This document shows positions 54,721 through 63,770 of a stretch of DNA of 64,000 nucleotides, piece after piece (the stretch's first letter is position 1; each line of letters begins with the position of its first letter). Below the pieces are notes generated by a model that made no database searches, was not told the origin of the DNA, and worked only from the letters and a program-made list of their open reading frames with translations. The DNA is from a virus. Lineage: Duplodnaviria > Heunggongvirae > Uroviricota > Caudoviricetes. Location of the stretch: IMG/VR virus record IMGVR_UViG_2795385714_000007; one strand, given 5' to 3'. Position numbers and translations under genes: made by a program.

Positions 54721-55086
54721 TCAGGCTTCCTTTCGGATGTTCGTGGTGCTCTCGGCGACCGCTTTCATGGACTCGAACTGGAGTTGCGCCGGGTCGGTGC
54801 GGGTGACGTTGCCCTCGCGGTCGACGAACCAGAGGGATACCTGGCGGTCGGCCTGCGGCGCCTTGACAGTCACGTCGTCCTTGATGACCAACATGGAGGT
54901 GTTGGCCTGCTCAGAAACGCTGAGCTTCAACGTGAGTGACCCGGCCTTGCCGGTCGCGCGGACGGCGGCAACAACTTCCTTGAGGCCGTCGGACAGCTCG
55001 TCGTGCACGCGGCCCTTCTGTAGTTCCCGCAGGAAGTCGGCGAACGGGCGTACCCGGTCCGCTTCCTCGGGGGCTGGAGTGGTCAT
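54721..55086 (-). CDS. hypothetical protein
   Basis: Inner ATG MTTPAPEEADRVRPF. Confidence 0.45.
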   Translation of the reverse strand: MTTPAPEEADRVRPFADFLRELQKGRVHDELSDGLKEVVAAVRATGKAGSLTLKLSVSEQANTSMLVIKDDVTVKAPQADRQVSLWFVDREGNVTRTDPAQLQFESMKAVAESTTNIRKEA

Positions 55087-55112
55087 ATGGGCGGTGTTCC
55101 TTTCGTGGGGTG

Positions 55113-56000
55113 TTACTTGATGGGTGCGGTGATGGTGGCGAGGGCGCCGGTGCCGGGCCAGCAGCCCCACGGCGACATGCCCTTGTCCAGTGCCTTCGTG
55201 ATGCAGTTCTGCACAATCACGTTGGGGTCGTTGGATACTGATGAGGAGAGGATGCGGTTGGCCTCGGCCTGTTCGGTGGCCGTCTTCTTCGCCTGTTCGG
55301 CCTTCGCGGTGTTCGCACGCTCTGCGTTCAGCTCGTTGATACGGGCCTCGGTGCCGTCGTCATAGTCGATGGTGGGGACGGCGACGTCCAGGATGTCGAC
55401 CTGGTCACCTACCAGGGCGCGTAGCTTCTCGGACGCTTCCTTGGCGAAGGTCTCCAGCGGTAATCCGTTGGCCCACTTGGTTGCCAGTGGGTCGAGCTTG
55501 GAGAACACGTCGTTGAGTGAGACCTGGAGGTTGCGGGTGATGAGGTTGGTGCGAACGTTGTCGAATGACCGGTATTGCACGTACAGCTCGTCGGCGGCGT
55601 CCTGCTTGATCTGCCAGCGCACGGATACGTCAGCGTCGGCGGTGGACGAGTTGCCCAGGCGGACCTTGATGCGGCCGGTGCCCTCGTATTTATCGATCTG
55701 GACTGCCGCGTCCATCTCGTCGACCGTCGCCCACGGCTTCTTCCAGTGAAAGCCGTTGGACAGCGTCTCGCCGGAGGGCTTTCCGAACACGGTCTCGATA
55801 CCGACCTTGCGGGTGCCTACGACCGTGAAGCAGCCGATCAGGAGGACCGCGAAGGCCAACACAACGCCTATGACACCGACGCCCATCGAGACAACGGCGC
55901 CCTCAGAGTTACGGTCTAGGAATTTGACGCCTAGACCGCCCAGAAATAGCAGCAGTGCGATGCCGCCGACGATGAGGAATGTTACGAATTCCCAGGACAT
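55113..56000 (-). CDS. SPFH/band-7 (stomatin/prohibitin-like) membrane protein
   Basis: Two N-terminal TM helices followed by an SPFH-like domain and coiled coil. Confidence 0.6.
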   Translation of the reverse strand: MSWEFVTFLIVGGIALLLFLGGLGVKFLDRNSEGAVVSMGVGVIGVVLAFAVLLIGCFTVVGTRKVGIETVFGKPSGETLSNGFHWKKPWATVDEMDAAVQIDKYEGTGRIKVRLGNSSTADADVSVRWQIKQDAADELYVQYRSFDNVRTNLITRNLQVSLNDVFSKLDPLATKWANGLPLETFAKEASEKLRALVGDQVDILDVAVPTIDYDDGTEARINELNAERANTAKAEQAKKTATEQAEANRILSSSVSNDPNVIVQNCITKALDKGMSPWGCWPGTGALATITAPIK

Positions 56001-56004
56001 TTGG

Positions 56005-57213
56005 TTAGTTCTCCTTGTTGTTGAGTGCGGCGATGAGGTTTGCCGCTTCGTTTTCGGACAGGTCGTTGATGTCCGATATGTCCCTGCTGATGACCGTCTT
56101 GAGGTAGGCCAGTGCGTCGACAGCGGATTCTTTGGTGCGGAACGAGTACTTGGCGTTGCCTAGAAGGCCGCGGACGGTGCCGATGTCCTTCTTCGTTGCC
56201 AGGTACTCGCCTCGGCTGTTCACTTCTGCCGGGTCGGCTCCGTCAGGTGTTCCGCTGCCGGACGGCGGGATGAGGTCACCGCCGTCCGGCACGGGGACCT
56301 CCTCGGCCGCGGGTTCTGTAGCGCCCGAACCCGTTTCCGGGTCCCCGATGGTGGGCGCCAGATCACCGGTGGTCGTTGACGCGGGGTCCGTCTTCGGAGT
56401 GGCCTTTGTTTCTGTTGCACGGGCGGTGATTTCGTCTTGGGTGGACTGTGAGGCGGGCGGGAAGATCTCGCGCTGGTCCATGCCGTCGCGGGTGATGGAG
56501 GTGTACGTGATGCCCATCTGGGCGACGTCTCCGGCGTCCCAGGCGCCGCGCTTCTTCCCGATCCGGGCCTCCATCTGGGCCTCAGTGACACCGAGTTCCT
56601 GCCGGAACTTGGCGACCATGGTTTCGATGCGGTCCTTGAGGGGGACGCCTTCGCCCTTTTCCAAGGTGTTGCGGCACAGGTCCTGCGCCATCTCGGTAAA
56701 CCACTTCGGCAGCACCGACGAAATGCATTCGCGGACAGCGCGGGCACCGGCATTGTTGTTGTTGTTCGTGATGTCGCCGAGGTCGTTTAGCTCCTCGCGG
56801 CGCCCCTGCTTCATACGGGCGTGCGGCACGATGAACGTACGTGTGGAGCGCGTGTTGGTCTGGACGTCCCAGGCGAATGCCTGGATCTCGGACTCAGCTT
56901 TGAGGTCGTCGCGGTGCAGCTCGTTGACGCCGTATTGAACGTTGCCCCACAGCCGGGCCAGCTCGCGCATGAGGTGCACGGAGGGGCCGGTGCCGCGGTT
57001 GGGCACCTGGTAGAACGCCTGTACCGCCATGGCCATGCGGCTGCACGCGTCCCGCATTTCCGCCTCGGCGCGCTGGAGGTCACGGGGAATCTGTTGCGCA
57101 ACAATGACTGCTGACTGGACCTCGGCGACGGCACGGGACTGTTCCACCGAGGTGGCTTGGCTGATCGCGGTCCGGGGTGCAGCGGCGATGGGCTGGTACT
57201 GCGAGACGGTCAT
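56005..57213 (-). CDS. ssDNA annealing protein (RecT-like SSAP) with acidic low-complexity C-terminus
   Basis: 402 aa; paired with the upstream RecE/YqaJ-like exonuclease. Confidence 0.5.
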   Translation of the reverse strand: MTVSQYQPIAAAPRTAISQATSVEQSRAVAEVQSAVIVAQQIPRDLQRAEAEMRDACSRMAMAVQAFYQVPNRGTGPSVHLMRELARLWGNVQYGVNELHRDDLKAESEIQAFAWDVQTNTRSTRTFIVPHARMKQGRREELNDLGDITNNNNNAGARAVRECISSVLPKWFTEMAQDLCRNTLEKGEGVPLKDRIETMVAKFRQELGVTEAQMEARIGKKRGAWDAGDVAQMGITYTSITRDGMDQREIFPPASQSTQDEITARATETKATPKTDPASTTTGDLAPTIGDPETGSGATEPAAEEVPVPDGGDLIPPSGSGTPDGADPAEVNSRGEYLATKKDIGTVRGLLGNAKYSFRTKESAVDALAYLKTVISRDISDINDLSENEAANLIAALNNKEN

Positions 57214-58109
57214 TAGTCAAGGTCTCCTTCTTGCTGGTAGATGGCGTAGCTGGGCAGGGATATGGAGTTGATGCCCTGGCCGTAGTCCGGCCAGTGGTCG
57301 TTGGCAACGCATTGCGCGTAGAGGTCGATGGCCTTGCGGTTGCGTCGTCGGCCGAGATCGATTGCGGCGGGGTCTAGTTCGTTGACCGACACGAGGTAGG
57401 GCGGGTTCTTGGACTGGACGATGAACACGAACGCGGCGTCGTCGGCTATCTCGCATGCCGCCAGCCCGTCGAGGTACCAGGGGGCCTGCATGTGGTACCC
57501 GTATTCGGCTGCCGCCTTGGCGAAGTGACCTGGGTGCGCCGATGTCGAGGTCTTGTAGTCGACAACCACCAGGCGGTGGCGGCCGGGGTTGGGGAGCCAG
57601 TCGGGCCGGAGGCGCAGTCGCACCCCGGTTTCAGGGTCGTGCCAGTACCCGGATAGCTCGGGTGTTCCGTCTGCCAGCAGGATGCGGGCAATGGGGTGCT
57701 CGCGGACCTTGGCGGCCATAGCCTTTGCCTCCGCGACATCGTCGATGTGCATGGGTATCTGGCCGTTAGCGCGGGCCTCCTTCGCCGCCTCCTTCCACAT
57801 AGCGGTCGATGTAGGCGAGTCGGACACCTTGCCGTCTTTCGTCAACCCGTGTTCCTTCGGGTCTAGCGCGACGATCTCCCCGCCCTCGCCGAGTACGTAC
57901 AGGTGGGCAGCGTGGCCGAAGTCGTACTCCTTCTTCGGTGTCCGCGGCTGGTCCTGGTAGTGGCGGAATATCGCTGGGCATGACGGCGCCAGGAGCGCGC
58001 GGGCGCCGGAGGAGGACAGGCTGCCGCGGTCTGCGTGGTAGGCCTCGTCGGGGATACCGGCATACATACCGTCCACGGCAGGGATCAGCTTGGTGTCGGC
58101 GGCGGTCAT
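57213..58109 (-). CDS. RecE/YqaJ-like PD-(D/E)xK exonuclease
   Basis: Inner ATG MTAADTKLIP; VVVDYKTS (D-x-K) and QAPWYLDG motifs. Confidence 0.6.
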   Translation of the reverse strand: MTAADTKLIPAVDGMYAGIPDEAYHADRGSLSSSGARALLAPSCPAIFRHYQDQPRTPKKEYDFGHAAHLYVLGEGGEIVALDPKEHGLTKDGKVSDSPTSTAMWKEAAKEARANGQIPMHIDDVAEAKAMAAKVREHPIARILLADGTPELSGYWHDPETGVRLRLRPDWLPNPGRHRLVVVDYKTSTSAHPGHFAKAAAEYGYHMQAPWYLDGLAACEIADDAAFVFIVQSKNPPYLVSVNELDPAAIDLGRRRNRKAIDLYAQCVANDHWPDYGQGINSISLPSYAIYQQEGDLD

Positions 58110-58456
58110 GCGTTGCGGCCCTTCGGTAGGTAGTTGTCGTGCAGGTAGATGTCGTGCAGAGGCAGCGCGATGGGGGTGTCGTAGAGGTCCTGGCCGTGGG
58201 TGAGGGTGAGTCCGACTGCTTCGGCGTCCACCGGGTTGGTGGTGACCCAGTGGTGGCAGTCGCGGCACAGGTGCACGATGTTGGCCGGGTGCCACTGGCC
58301 GCCTTGTGACCGATTGCGGCGGTGGTGCATGTCTGTCCCGTGCTGCTTGCCGCACCACTCGCACCAGCCCATTGACCGGCCCTTGACGTGCTCACGAGTC
58401 AGGTCTTCGGTCCACTGGTATATGTACGGCTCTGCCCAAATGTCGTCTGTTGTCAC
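58106..58456 (-). CDS. HNH endonuclease
   Basis: GWCEWCGKQHGTDMHHRRNRSQGG...HLCRDCHHW; GTG start at GTGA overlap. Confidence 0.65.
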   Translation of the reverse strand: MTTDDIWAEPYIYQWTEDLTREHVKGRSMGWCEWCGKQHGTDMHHRRNRSQGGQWHPANIVHLCRDCHHWVTTNPVDAEAVGLTLTHGQDLYDTPIALPLHDIYLHDNYLPKGRNA

Positions 58457-58638
58457 GCTGCGGCTCGCCGTTCCCAGATGTGTTTGACGCGTGGGGTCCA
58501 CGGCTCGCACAGGTCGAACTTCTCGTATGACATGGGGCAGCGCGCGATGCCGTGTGGGTCGTGATGCGCGAGGACGTTGCCCTTGGGTGTGCGGAACACG
58601 GTTGCACCGCAGACCGGGCAGCGTCGACGCGCGCTCAT
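58453..58638 (-). CDS. small zinc-ribbon protein
   Basis: CPVCG...CPMS...C. Confidence 0.45.
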   Translation of the reverse strand: MSARRRCPVCGATVFRTPKGNVLAHHDPHGIARCPMSYEKFDLCEPWTPRVKHIWERRAAA

Positions 58639-58847
58639 TCGTCGTCACCGGGCGCCTCGCGAAGGACGTTGTCTCGTACCCACTTACGGGCTGCGGCGCG
58701 CGCAGCAGCGGTAGTTGGGAACGGTCCCGGGTGAAAGTGCACGTTGCCCTTGTTGGAGAACCAGCGCCAGCTCCAACCGGTGCCGTCGTTGCGTTCCTGA
58801 GTGGTTATGGCACCAGGTAGCGGCTCGGCCTTTTTGCGTGCCGTCAT
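58635..58847 (-). CDS. hypothetical protein (70 aa)
   Basis: Only the last 70 codons of the Arg-rich ORF 58635..59666 look protein-like (MTARKKAEPLPG...). Confidence 0.4.
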   Translation of the reverse strand: MTARKKAEPLPGAITTQERNDGTGWSWRWFSNKGNVHFHPGPFPTTAAARAAARKWVRDNVLREAPGDDE

Positions 58848-59629
58848 GCCGCTATGCCCTTCTTGCGTAGCCGCTTGAGTCGTGCCTCGACGGATTCCGT
58901 TGTGACTCCCATGCGTTCGGCGATCTCGTCGTTGGACAGTCCGAGGTCGAGGTAGTCGCGGTACAGGTCGATCCACACGACCTGCCCTCCGCGGACGTGG
59001 GCCGTTGCCGCTGGGTCGTCGATTTCGGTGTCGTCCCATGCCACCGGCGGCGGCCATCCCCTCTGCGTGGCGATGCGCCGTGCGACGTCGGAAGGACCTG
59101 GTACCTCCTGCAACTCGCGGTACAGCGCGTCGATCTCTCGGGCGCGGGCCACCGTGACCTTCTTGACGGCGCCCGTCGCGACCTTGGACAGGCCGCCGGG
59201 GTCTAGCCCGAGGCGTACCGAGAGGTGCTGTTGAGACCATCCGACCGCGGAAAGGGCCAGGACGCGGCGCCGTGAACCGGTGGCATCGATCCGCGCGCCA
59301 GCGGCCATCTGCGGCCCAAACGGACATACAGGCACCGGGATAGCGAGGATGGCGGCGCGGGTGGTCCGTTTCACCAGCCGTTGGTCTTCCCTGGTCAGGA
59401 AGTCGATGGCCCGGTGGGTCACTCCAGCTAGTTCTGCGATTCGGGATATGCCGACGCCCGCTGCCATGAGGGCGAGGACGCGGGTGCGGGTGTCGTCCGC
59501 TGGTACGTGTAGTGGGCTCCAGCGGCCGTCGGAGACGGCGAGGCGCCGGTACTTTGCGTAGTGGGTGGGGCACAGCCCGCGGGCCTGCACCAACTCGGTG
59601 CAGTTGGGGCGGGTGCATTCTTTCCTCAT
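58844..59629 (-). CDS. multi-HTH DNA-binding protein
   Basis: Inner ATG MRKECTRPNCT; at least three HTH-like segments including a sigma-70 region-4-like C-terminus (LSNDEIAERMGVTTESVEARLKRLRKKG). Confidence 0.55.
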   Translation of the reverse strand: MRKECTRPNCTELVQARGLCPTHYAKYRRLAVSDGRWSPLHVPADDTRTRVLALMAAGVGISRIAELAGVTHRAIDFLTREDQRLVKRTTRAAILAIPVPVCPFGPQMAAGARIDATGSRRRVLALSAVGWSQQHLSVRLGLDPGGLSKVATGAVKKVTVARAREIDALYRELQEVPGPSDVARRIATQRGWPPPVAWDDTEIDDPAATAHVRGGQVVWIDLYRDYLDLGLSNDEIAERMGVTTESVEARLKRLRKKGIAA

Positions 59630-59880
59630 GCTGCGCGGTTCCTGCGGCGCGCCTTGCGGGCCGCACGGTTCCGGCGGCGCCGACGCTGGACCTCGTCTGC
59701 GGGCACTGTCCCGGCGTAGGTGTTGGCCTGTCGTTGCAGTCCCAGGAAGACGGCGTACCCGAGGGTGTTGGAATTGGCGGCTGTCTGCTTCCGCAGCCGC
59801 TCCATGGGAGACAACTTGCTCATGGCGATTTCGATGTTCTTGCTCACCAGCTGGTTGTGGCGTGCGACGGGGTCGTTCAT
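59626..59880 (-). CDS. hypothetical protein with basic C-terminus
   Basis: Inner ATG MNDPVARHN. Confidence 0.4.
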   Translation of the reverse strand: MNDPVARHNQLVSKNIEIAMSKLSPMERLRKQTAANSNTLGYAVFLGLQRQANTYAGTVPADEVQRRRRRNRAARKARRRNRAA

Positions 59881-60449
59881 TGGTCCTTCCCGGGGTAGAG
59901 GCGGCGGAAGCATTGGACGGTTGCGCGGGCGTCACCTATCGCGGTGTGCTCGGCCTCGTTGGTGACGCCAAGTAGTTGGCACACCCCGGCGAGGCCGGGT
60001 ATGTCGTCTGGCGAGATGTCGAGTTGTCCTGCGGTGTAGGCACATAGGTCTGCGAGCCGATGGTGCCACGGCTCCTCGATGCGGGTGCTGACCCCGGCTA
60101 CGAGTGGCCCCTGTTCTAGCTGCCACGCGTATCCGTTGAGGAGCATGTCGGCGTCGAACCTGGGGTTTGCCCCTGCCAATGTTTGGCCGTGCAACAACTC
60201 GAAAAGGTCTTGGTAGCTGCGAATCGAGTTGTTGCGGTCGAGCTGATCTTTGTACAGCGCCCGCTCGTGGTACTTGTTGATCCGCATGGCTTCTCGGTCC
60301 GCTTGTCCTAGTGCCTCGCCAGTGATGAAGGGCACGAAGTGGATTTCGCGTCCGTTCTTGAGGTTGATCGCGGCCACTTCCACGGGTAGGTGGACATTCC
60401 GGTCGAGTCCGGTTGTCTCCAGGTCGATGACCCATACGTCGCGGCTCAT
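59877..60449 (-). CDS. DnaQ-like (DEDDh) 3'-5' exonuclease, second copy
   Basis: Exo I motif VWVIDLETTGLD; inner ATG MSRDVWV. Confidence 0.6.
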   Translation of the reverse strand: MSRDVWVIDLETTGLDRNVHLPVEVAAINLKNGREIHFVPFITGEALGQADREAMRINKYHERALYKDQLDRNNSIRSYQDLFELLHGQTLAGANPRFDADMLLNGYAWQLEQGPLVAGVSTRIEEPWHHRLADLCAYTAGQLDISPDDIPGLAGVCQLLGVTNEAEHTAIGDARATVQCFRRLYPGKDQ

Positions 60450-60745
60450 GCAGTCCTCCAGCGGGATGCCTTGGTGTACAGGTCGATGAGTGGTTGATGC
60501 CATGGGCAGTAGGCGGATACCGAGAGAGCGATGACGCGTCCGGCGGCCTGGTCGGTGAACCCCCGTAGGTTGAGCGCCTGGCCGATGCTGTTGATGCCGT
60601 GGAAGGTTGGGTCGGCGCCGACGATGACGCAGACTGCGCCGCCGATGTCATTGGCGACGTCGTTGACCCTGTCGGCCGACGCAGGTGCTGCGGTGGCGAG
60701 CGCCAGCGCGGCAGCCATAGCGACGGTGGGAAGTTGGCGAATCAT
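60446..60745 (-). CDS. small secreted protein
   Basis: Signal peptide MIRQLPTVAMAAALALATAAPASA; two Cys in mature part. Confidence 0.5.
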   Translation of the reverse strand: MIRQLPTVAMAAALALATAAPASADRVNDVANDIGGAVCVIVGADPTFHGINSIGQALNLRGFTDQAAGRVIALSVSAYCPWHQPLIDLYTKASRWRTA

Positions 60746-61356
60746 GCGGCGGCCTCCACCAGCGCCAGGAGGCTACGCACGCGGGGCACTCGGTCCTCGT
60801 AGATGTCTGGATACTCGTCGGCTCGACGCAGATAGCTATCGAGCGCGCCTCGGAATCCGTCGCGCTCTTCGGTGGTGAGCACCGCCCATTCGTCCGGCAG
60901 GGCCACGGCGGCGTCGCTATAGATCGCGGTGCTTCCGAGATTGCCTCCGGGGTCGGTGATCACGGACATACTGGCGCGGCGGTCATAGAAGGCAGCCTTG
61001 TAGAAGACACTGACGCGTTCTACGCCGCGGTCGTCGACGATGGTTGAGTGCATGGCGTGTTCACTGCCCTTGCGTGACCACCCTTCCGGGAGGGTGGCCC
61101 GAACGAATAGCGGATCGCCCTCAACGCGTTCGCTGCGTTGGAATCCCCACTGTTCCAGAACATCCCAGCCACTGATGTCGAGCATTGCGTCGCCCTCGCC
61201 TGACCACACTCGCCCGGCATTGGCAGGGAGGAGGTCGGACGTGAGGAGCTGCTGTTGCCCAGTTCGCTCCATGCCCTCGATGTAGTTGGAGGTGTTGCCG
61301 TCCAGGCAGCCAACTAGATGCTCGATGGGGTGGCGTTGCGAGGTGTTCTCAATCAT
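60742..61356 (-). CDS. hypothetical protein
   Basis: ORF 60742..61371, likely start MIENTSQ. Confidence 0.45.
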   Translation of the reverse strand: MIENTSQRHPIEHLVGCLDGNTSNYIEGMERTGQQQLLTSDLLPANAGRVWSGEGDAMLDISGWDVLEQWGFQRSERVEGDPLFVRATLPEGWSRKGSEHAMHSTIVDDRGVERVSVFYKAAFYDRRASMSVITDPGGNLGSTAIYSDAAVALPDEWAVLTTEERDGFRGALDSYLRRADEYPDIYEDRVPRVRSLLALVEAAA

Positions 61357-61502
61357 GCTGCTGTACCCCATATTTCAGCCGGGATGCCATGCTTGGCGGC
61401 CAGCTCGTCCCAGATTGGGTTGGGACTTGGGGGCGTCGGTGGCGGTGTCGGTTGGACACCGAATAGGGCGCGGCGCCACCACTTGGATTCTCGTACGGGC
61501 AT
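61354..61502 (-). CDS. small Pro-rich protein (49 aa)
   Basis: ATG with AAGGAGA RBS; stop overlaps next start; not in ORF track. Confidence 0.25.
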
Positions 61503-61533
61503 AGCTGTCTCCTTGTGCTGAGTGAGTGGTTGA

Positions 61534-61890
61534 TCAGGTCAGTGCTAGTTGTTGGCTGCCGCCGAGGCGGTAGTGCATTTCCGCGACACCGTTAGGGGTT
61601 AGGTAGATCTGTTTGGGACGTTCTCTGGTTTGTCCTGCGGGCGTTTGGTATTCGCCTCCGTCGTGGAGTGCGAGGTAGCCGAGGGTTACGGATTCGGCGT
61701 AGGCGATCCAGCGGTGGTCACGGCCGCGGAATATCCATTCCTCGCGGGCCATGGCGTCGAAGAGTTGGTCGCGGCCGACGGCGATTGCCGGGTCGAGGGA
61801 TAGCAGGCGCGCAGCGTCGGCCACGGTTTGGTCGCCGGTGATGTCCGTGAGATGCATTGGCAACTCGGGTCGTTGGTGGATGCGCGCCAT
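61534..61890 (-). CDS. KilAC-domain antirepressor-like protein
   Basis: Inner ATG MARIHQRPEL; AARLLSLDPAIAVGRDQLFDAMAREEWIF...QIYLTPNGVAEM resembles KilA-C. Confidence 0.45.
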   Translation of the reverse strand: MARIHQRPELPMHLTDITGDQTVADAARLLSLDPAIAVGRDQLFDAMAREEWIFRGRDHRWIAYAESVTLGYLALHDGGEYQTPAGQTRERPKQIYLTPNGVAEMHYRLGGSQQLALT

Positions 61891-61895
61891 GTCAT

Positions 61896-61990
61896 CACCG
61901 GGCGGCCATGACGTTGACCGTGAGGACGACGCCAACGAAGGCACCGAACAGGAGCATCCAGAACATGGGGACGACTACCTCGCGGATCAC
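61896..61990 (-). CDS. tiny hydrophobic peptide (31 aa)
   Basis: GTGA-coupled to upstream gene; single TM segment. Confidence 0.2.
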
Positions 61991-62850
61991 CGGAGTACTT
62001 CCTGTGCTGGTGCGCCTACGAGCTGCGGGAAGTTGGTCTTATTCCAGCCTCCCTTGGGCTGCTGCAACCGGGCCACGTGGTGGTCGGATAGCCAGTGGTT
62101 GAAGGCGGCGACGAAGTAGCCGATGGCCTCGGCGTCGGGCATCTTGAAGCCCTCGCCACGAACGCGGTCGAACCTGTTGCGCAGTGCAAGGATTGGCGAG
62201 CCGATTTCGAGGCCGACGCCGTCGAGGGTGCGTTGGAAGAATTCTGAGGTGACCTCCACGCCGTGGATGCGTCCGATGCCTGCGTAGACGGCCATGATGA
62301 GTCCGCGGCGCGCCTTGATGCGCGTGTAGTGTGTGCCGCGCCTGATCAACTCAAAGGTGTCGGGGTTGCCAAGGGTCCAAGCGACAATCTCAGAGCTGGT
62401 GACCGAGCCAGTGGCGCGGTCGGTGTAGAACCAGCCGCGCTCCCAGATGATCAGCGTCTTAACGGCCGAAGCGTCGGACTTGGAGGCGGTGATGCCGGAC
62501 AGGTTGAGTTGGTCGCTGGGTGACCGTTTGGTGCCCTGGTCCATGGTGATCTGGGTTTCCGGCGGCAGGTTGCGGATTACGACCGAGTCGATGGATACAC
62601 CGCACAGGGAGATCGCGTGGAGGCGGTGTTGGCCGTCCAGCAGGGCGCCTGCGGTATCGAATTTGATTGCCTCGCCGTTCATCTGCCAACGGCCCGCCTC
62701 CATGTCGGCGGCCAGCTGGATGACCTTGCGCTCGTTGAGGGGCCGGTTGTGGGTGTTGAACTTGAGGTATTCGTCGGCGGTCGTGCCGTCGATGGTTTCG
62801 ATGTCCGTCGTGATGGCCGGGGGCCGGTGCAGCGGTATAGCATTCGACAT
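61987..62850 (-). CDS. ParB-like nuclease domain protein
   Basis: ALLDGQHRLHAI (DGQHR) motif. Confidence 0.6.
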   Translation of the reverse strand: MSNAIPLHRPPAITTDIETIDGTTADEYLKFNTHNRPLNERKVIQLAADMEAGRWQMNGEAIKFDTAGALLDGQHRLHAISLCGVSIDSVVIRNLPPETQITMDQGTKRSPSDQLNLSGITASKSDASAVKTLIIWERGWFYTDRATGSVTSSEIVAWTLGNPDTFELIRRGTHYTRIKARRGLIMAVYAGIGRIHGVEVTSEFFQRTLDGVGLEIGSPILALRNRFDRVRGEGFKMPDAEAIGYFVAAFNHWLSDHHVARLQQPKGGWNKTNFPQLVGAPAQEVLR

Positions 62851-62870
62851 GAAGCAACTCCTTGTTGTGG

Positions 62871-63770
62871 TTACGAGGGGAACTTCTCGATGACGCGTTG
62901 CAGCGCGTCCCGTGCGCGGACCAGGTCGCTCTTGCGTAGGGCGAGTTGGTCCGCGTTCTTGTCGAAGCGGTCGTCGGCCGCCAGTGCCTCTACCCGCTTC
63001 ACCGCCTTCGTGACTGCCGTGGTGGCGTCGTCGAAGGAGTCTGTGATCGGCTTCCGGCGCGCCGGGGCGGGCGCGGTCTCGGGCTCCGGATCGTCTTGCT
63101 CAGGGCAGTAGTCGTGGATGACGCCGAACTCGTCGAACCGCTCGCGGTCCTCTTGAGTGGCGTTGTCGTACAGGTCGGCTCGGGCACCGCAGTGGCAGAT
63201 AGCGAAGGACGTGAGCTGTGGCTCGACGCCGTCGGCCTGGGGTGCGTTGTGCACGACTGAGTACCCGTCGCCGGAGATAAGTAGCGACGGGGTCAGTGGT
63301 GGCCCGGAGGCCGTCCCGCCGTGGGGCAAGGGGGCGGTCTCCGGGTGGTCTTCGGTTGTGGGGAGGTCTGGCACGACGGCCAGGTGAGGGCGGACGGGCT
63401 GGGTAGACGCGTAGGTCTTGCCGTCGGTGCCCATGACCGCCGCAGGTGCGGCAGATGCCGCGCCTGACAGGTCGCGGCGGACTGTGCGGTCATCGACCCC
63501 TATTGCGGAGCCGATGGCACGTGTGGACAGGCCGAGGTCGCGCAGGGACTGCACTACCTCGCCGCGGGTCTCGCGGGGGAGCTTGAACCAGGTGGACCCG
63601 AACTCGCGTTCGCAGTAGACGTCCCAGGTCGGGTATCCGAGGACTGCCCAGGCGCGGTCTGTGTATGCCTTGGCGATGAGGTCCCAGGTGCGGTCAATTG
63701 TGGTGCGGATGCGCTCGGTGAGGTCACGAGCGGCCGACGGGGACATGGCGGTGGCCGCGATGGTGCTCAT
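62871..63770 (-). CDS. helix-turn-helix DNA-binding protein
   Basis: LGLSTRAIGSAIGVDDRTVRRD HTH; 299 aa. Confidence 0.5.
   Translation of the reverse strand: MSTIAATAMSPSAARDLTERIRTTIDRTWDLIAKAYTDRAWAVLGYPTWDVYCEREFGSTWFKLPRETRGEVVQSLRDLGLSTRAIGSAIGVDDRTVRRDLSGAASAAPAAVMGTDGKTYASTQPVRPHLAVVPDLPTTEDHPETAPLPHGGTASGPPLTPSLLISGDGYSVVHNAPQADGVEPQLTSFAICHCGARADLYDNATQEDRERFDEFGVIHDYCPEQDDPEPETAPAPARRKPITDSFDDATTAVTKAVKRVEALAADDRFDKNADQLALRKSDLVRARDALQRVIEKFPS

Noticed and set aside
58635-59666. 343-aa Arg/Pro-rich ORF
   Set aside because: The translation is low-complexity except for the last 70 codons. It overlaps the well-formed HTH gene 58844..59629 in another frame. Only 58635..58847 is kept.
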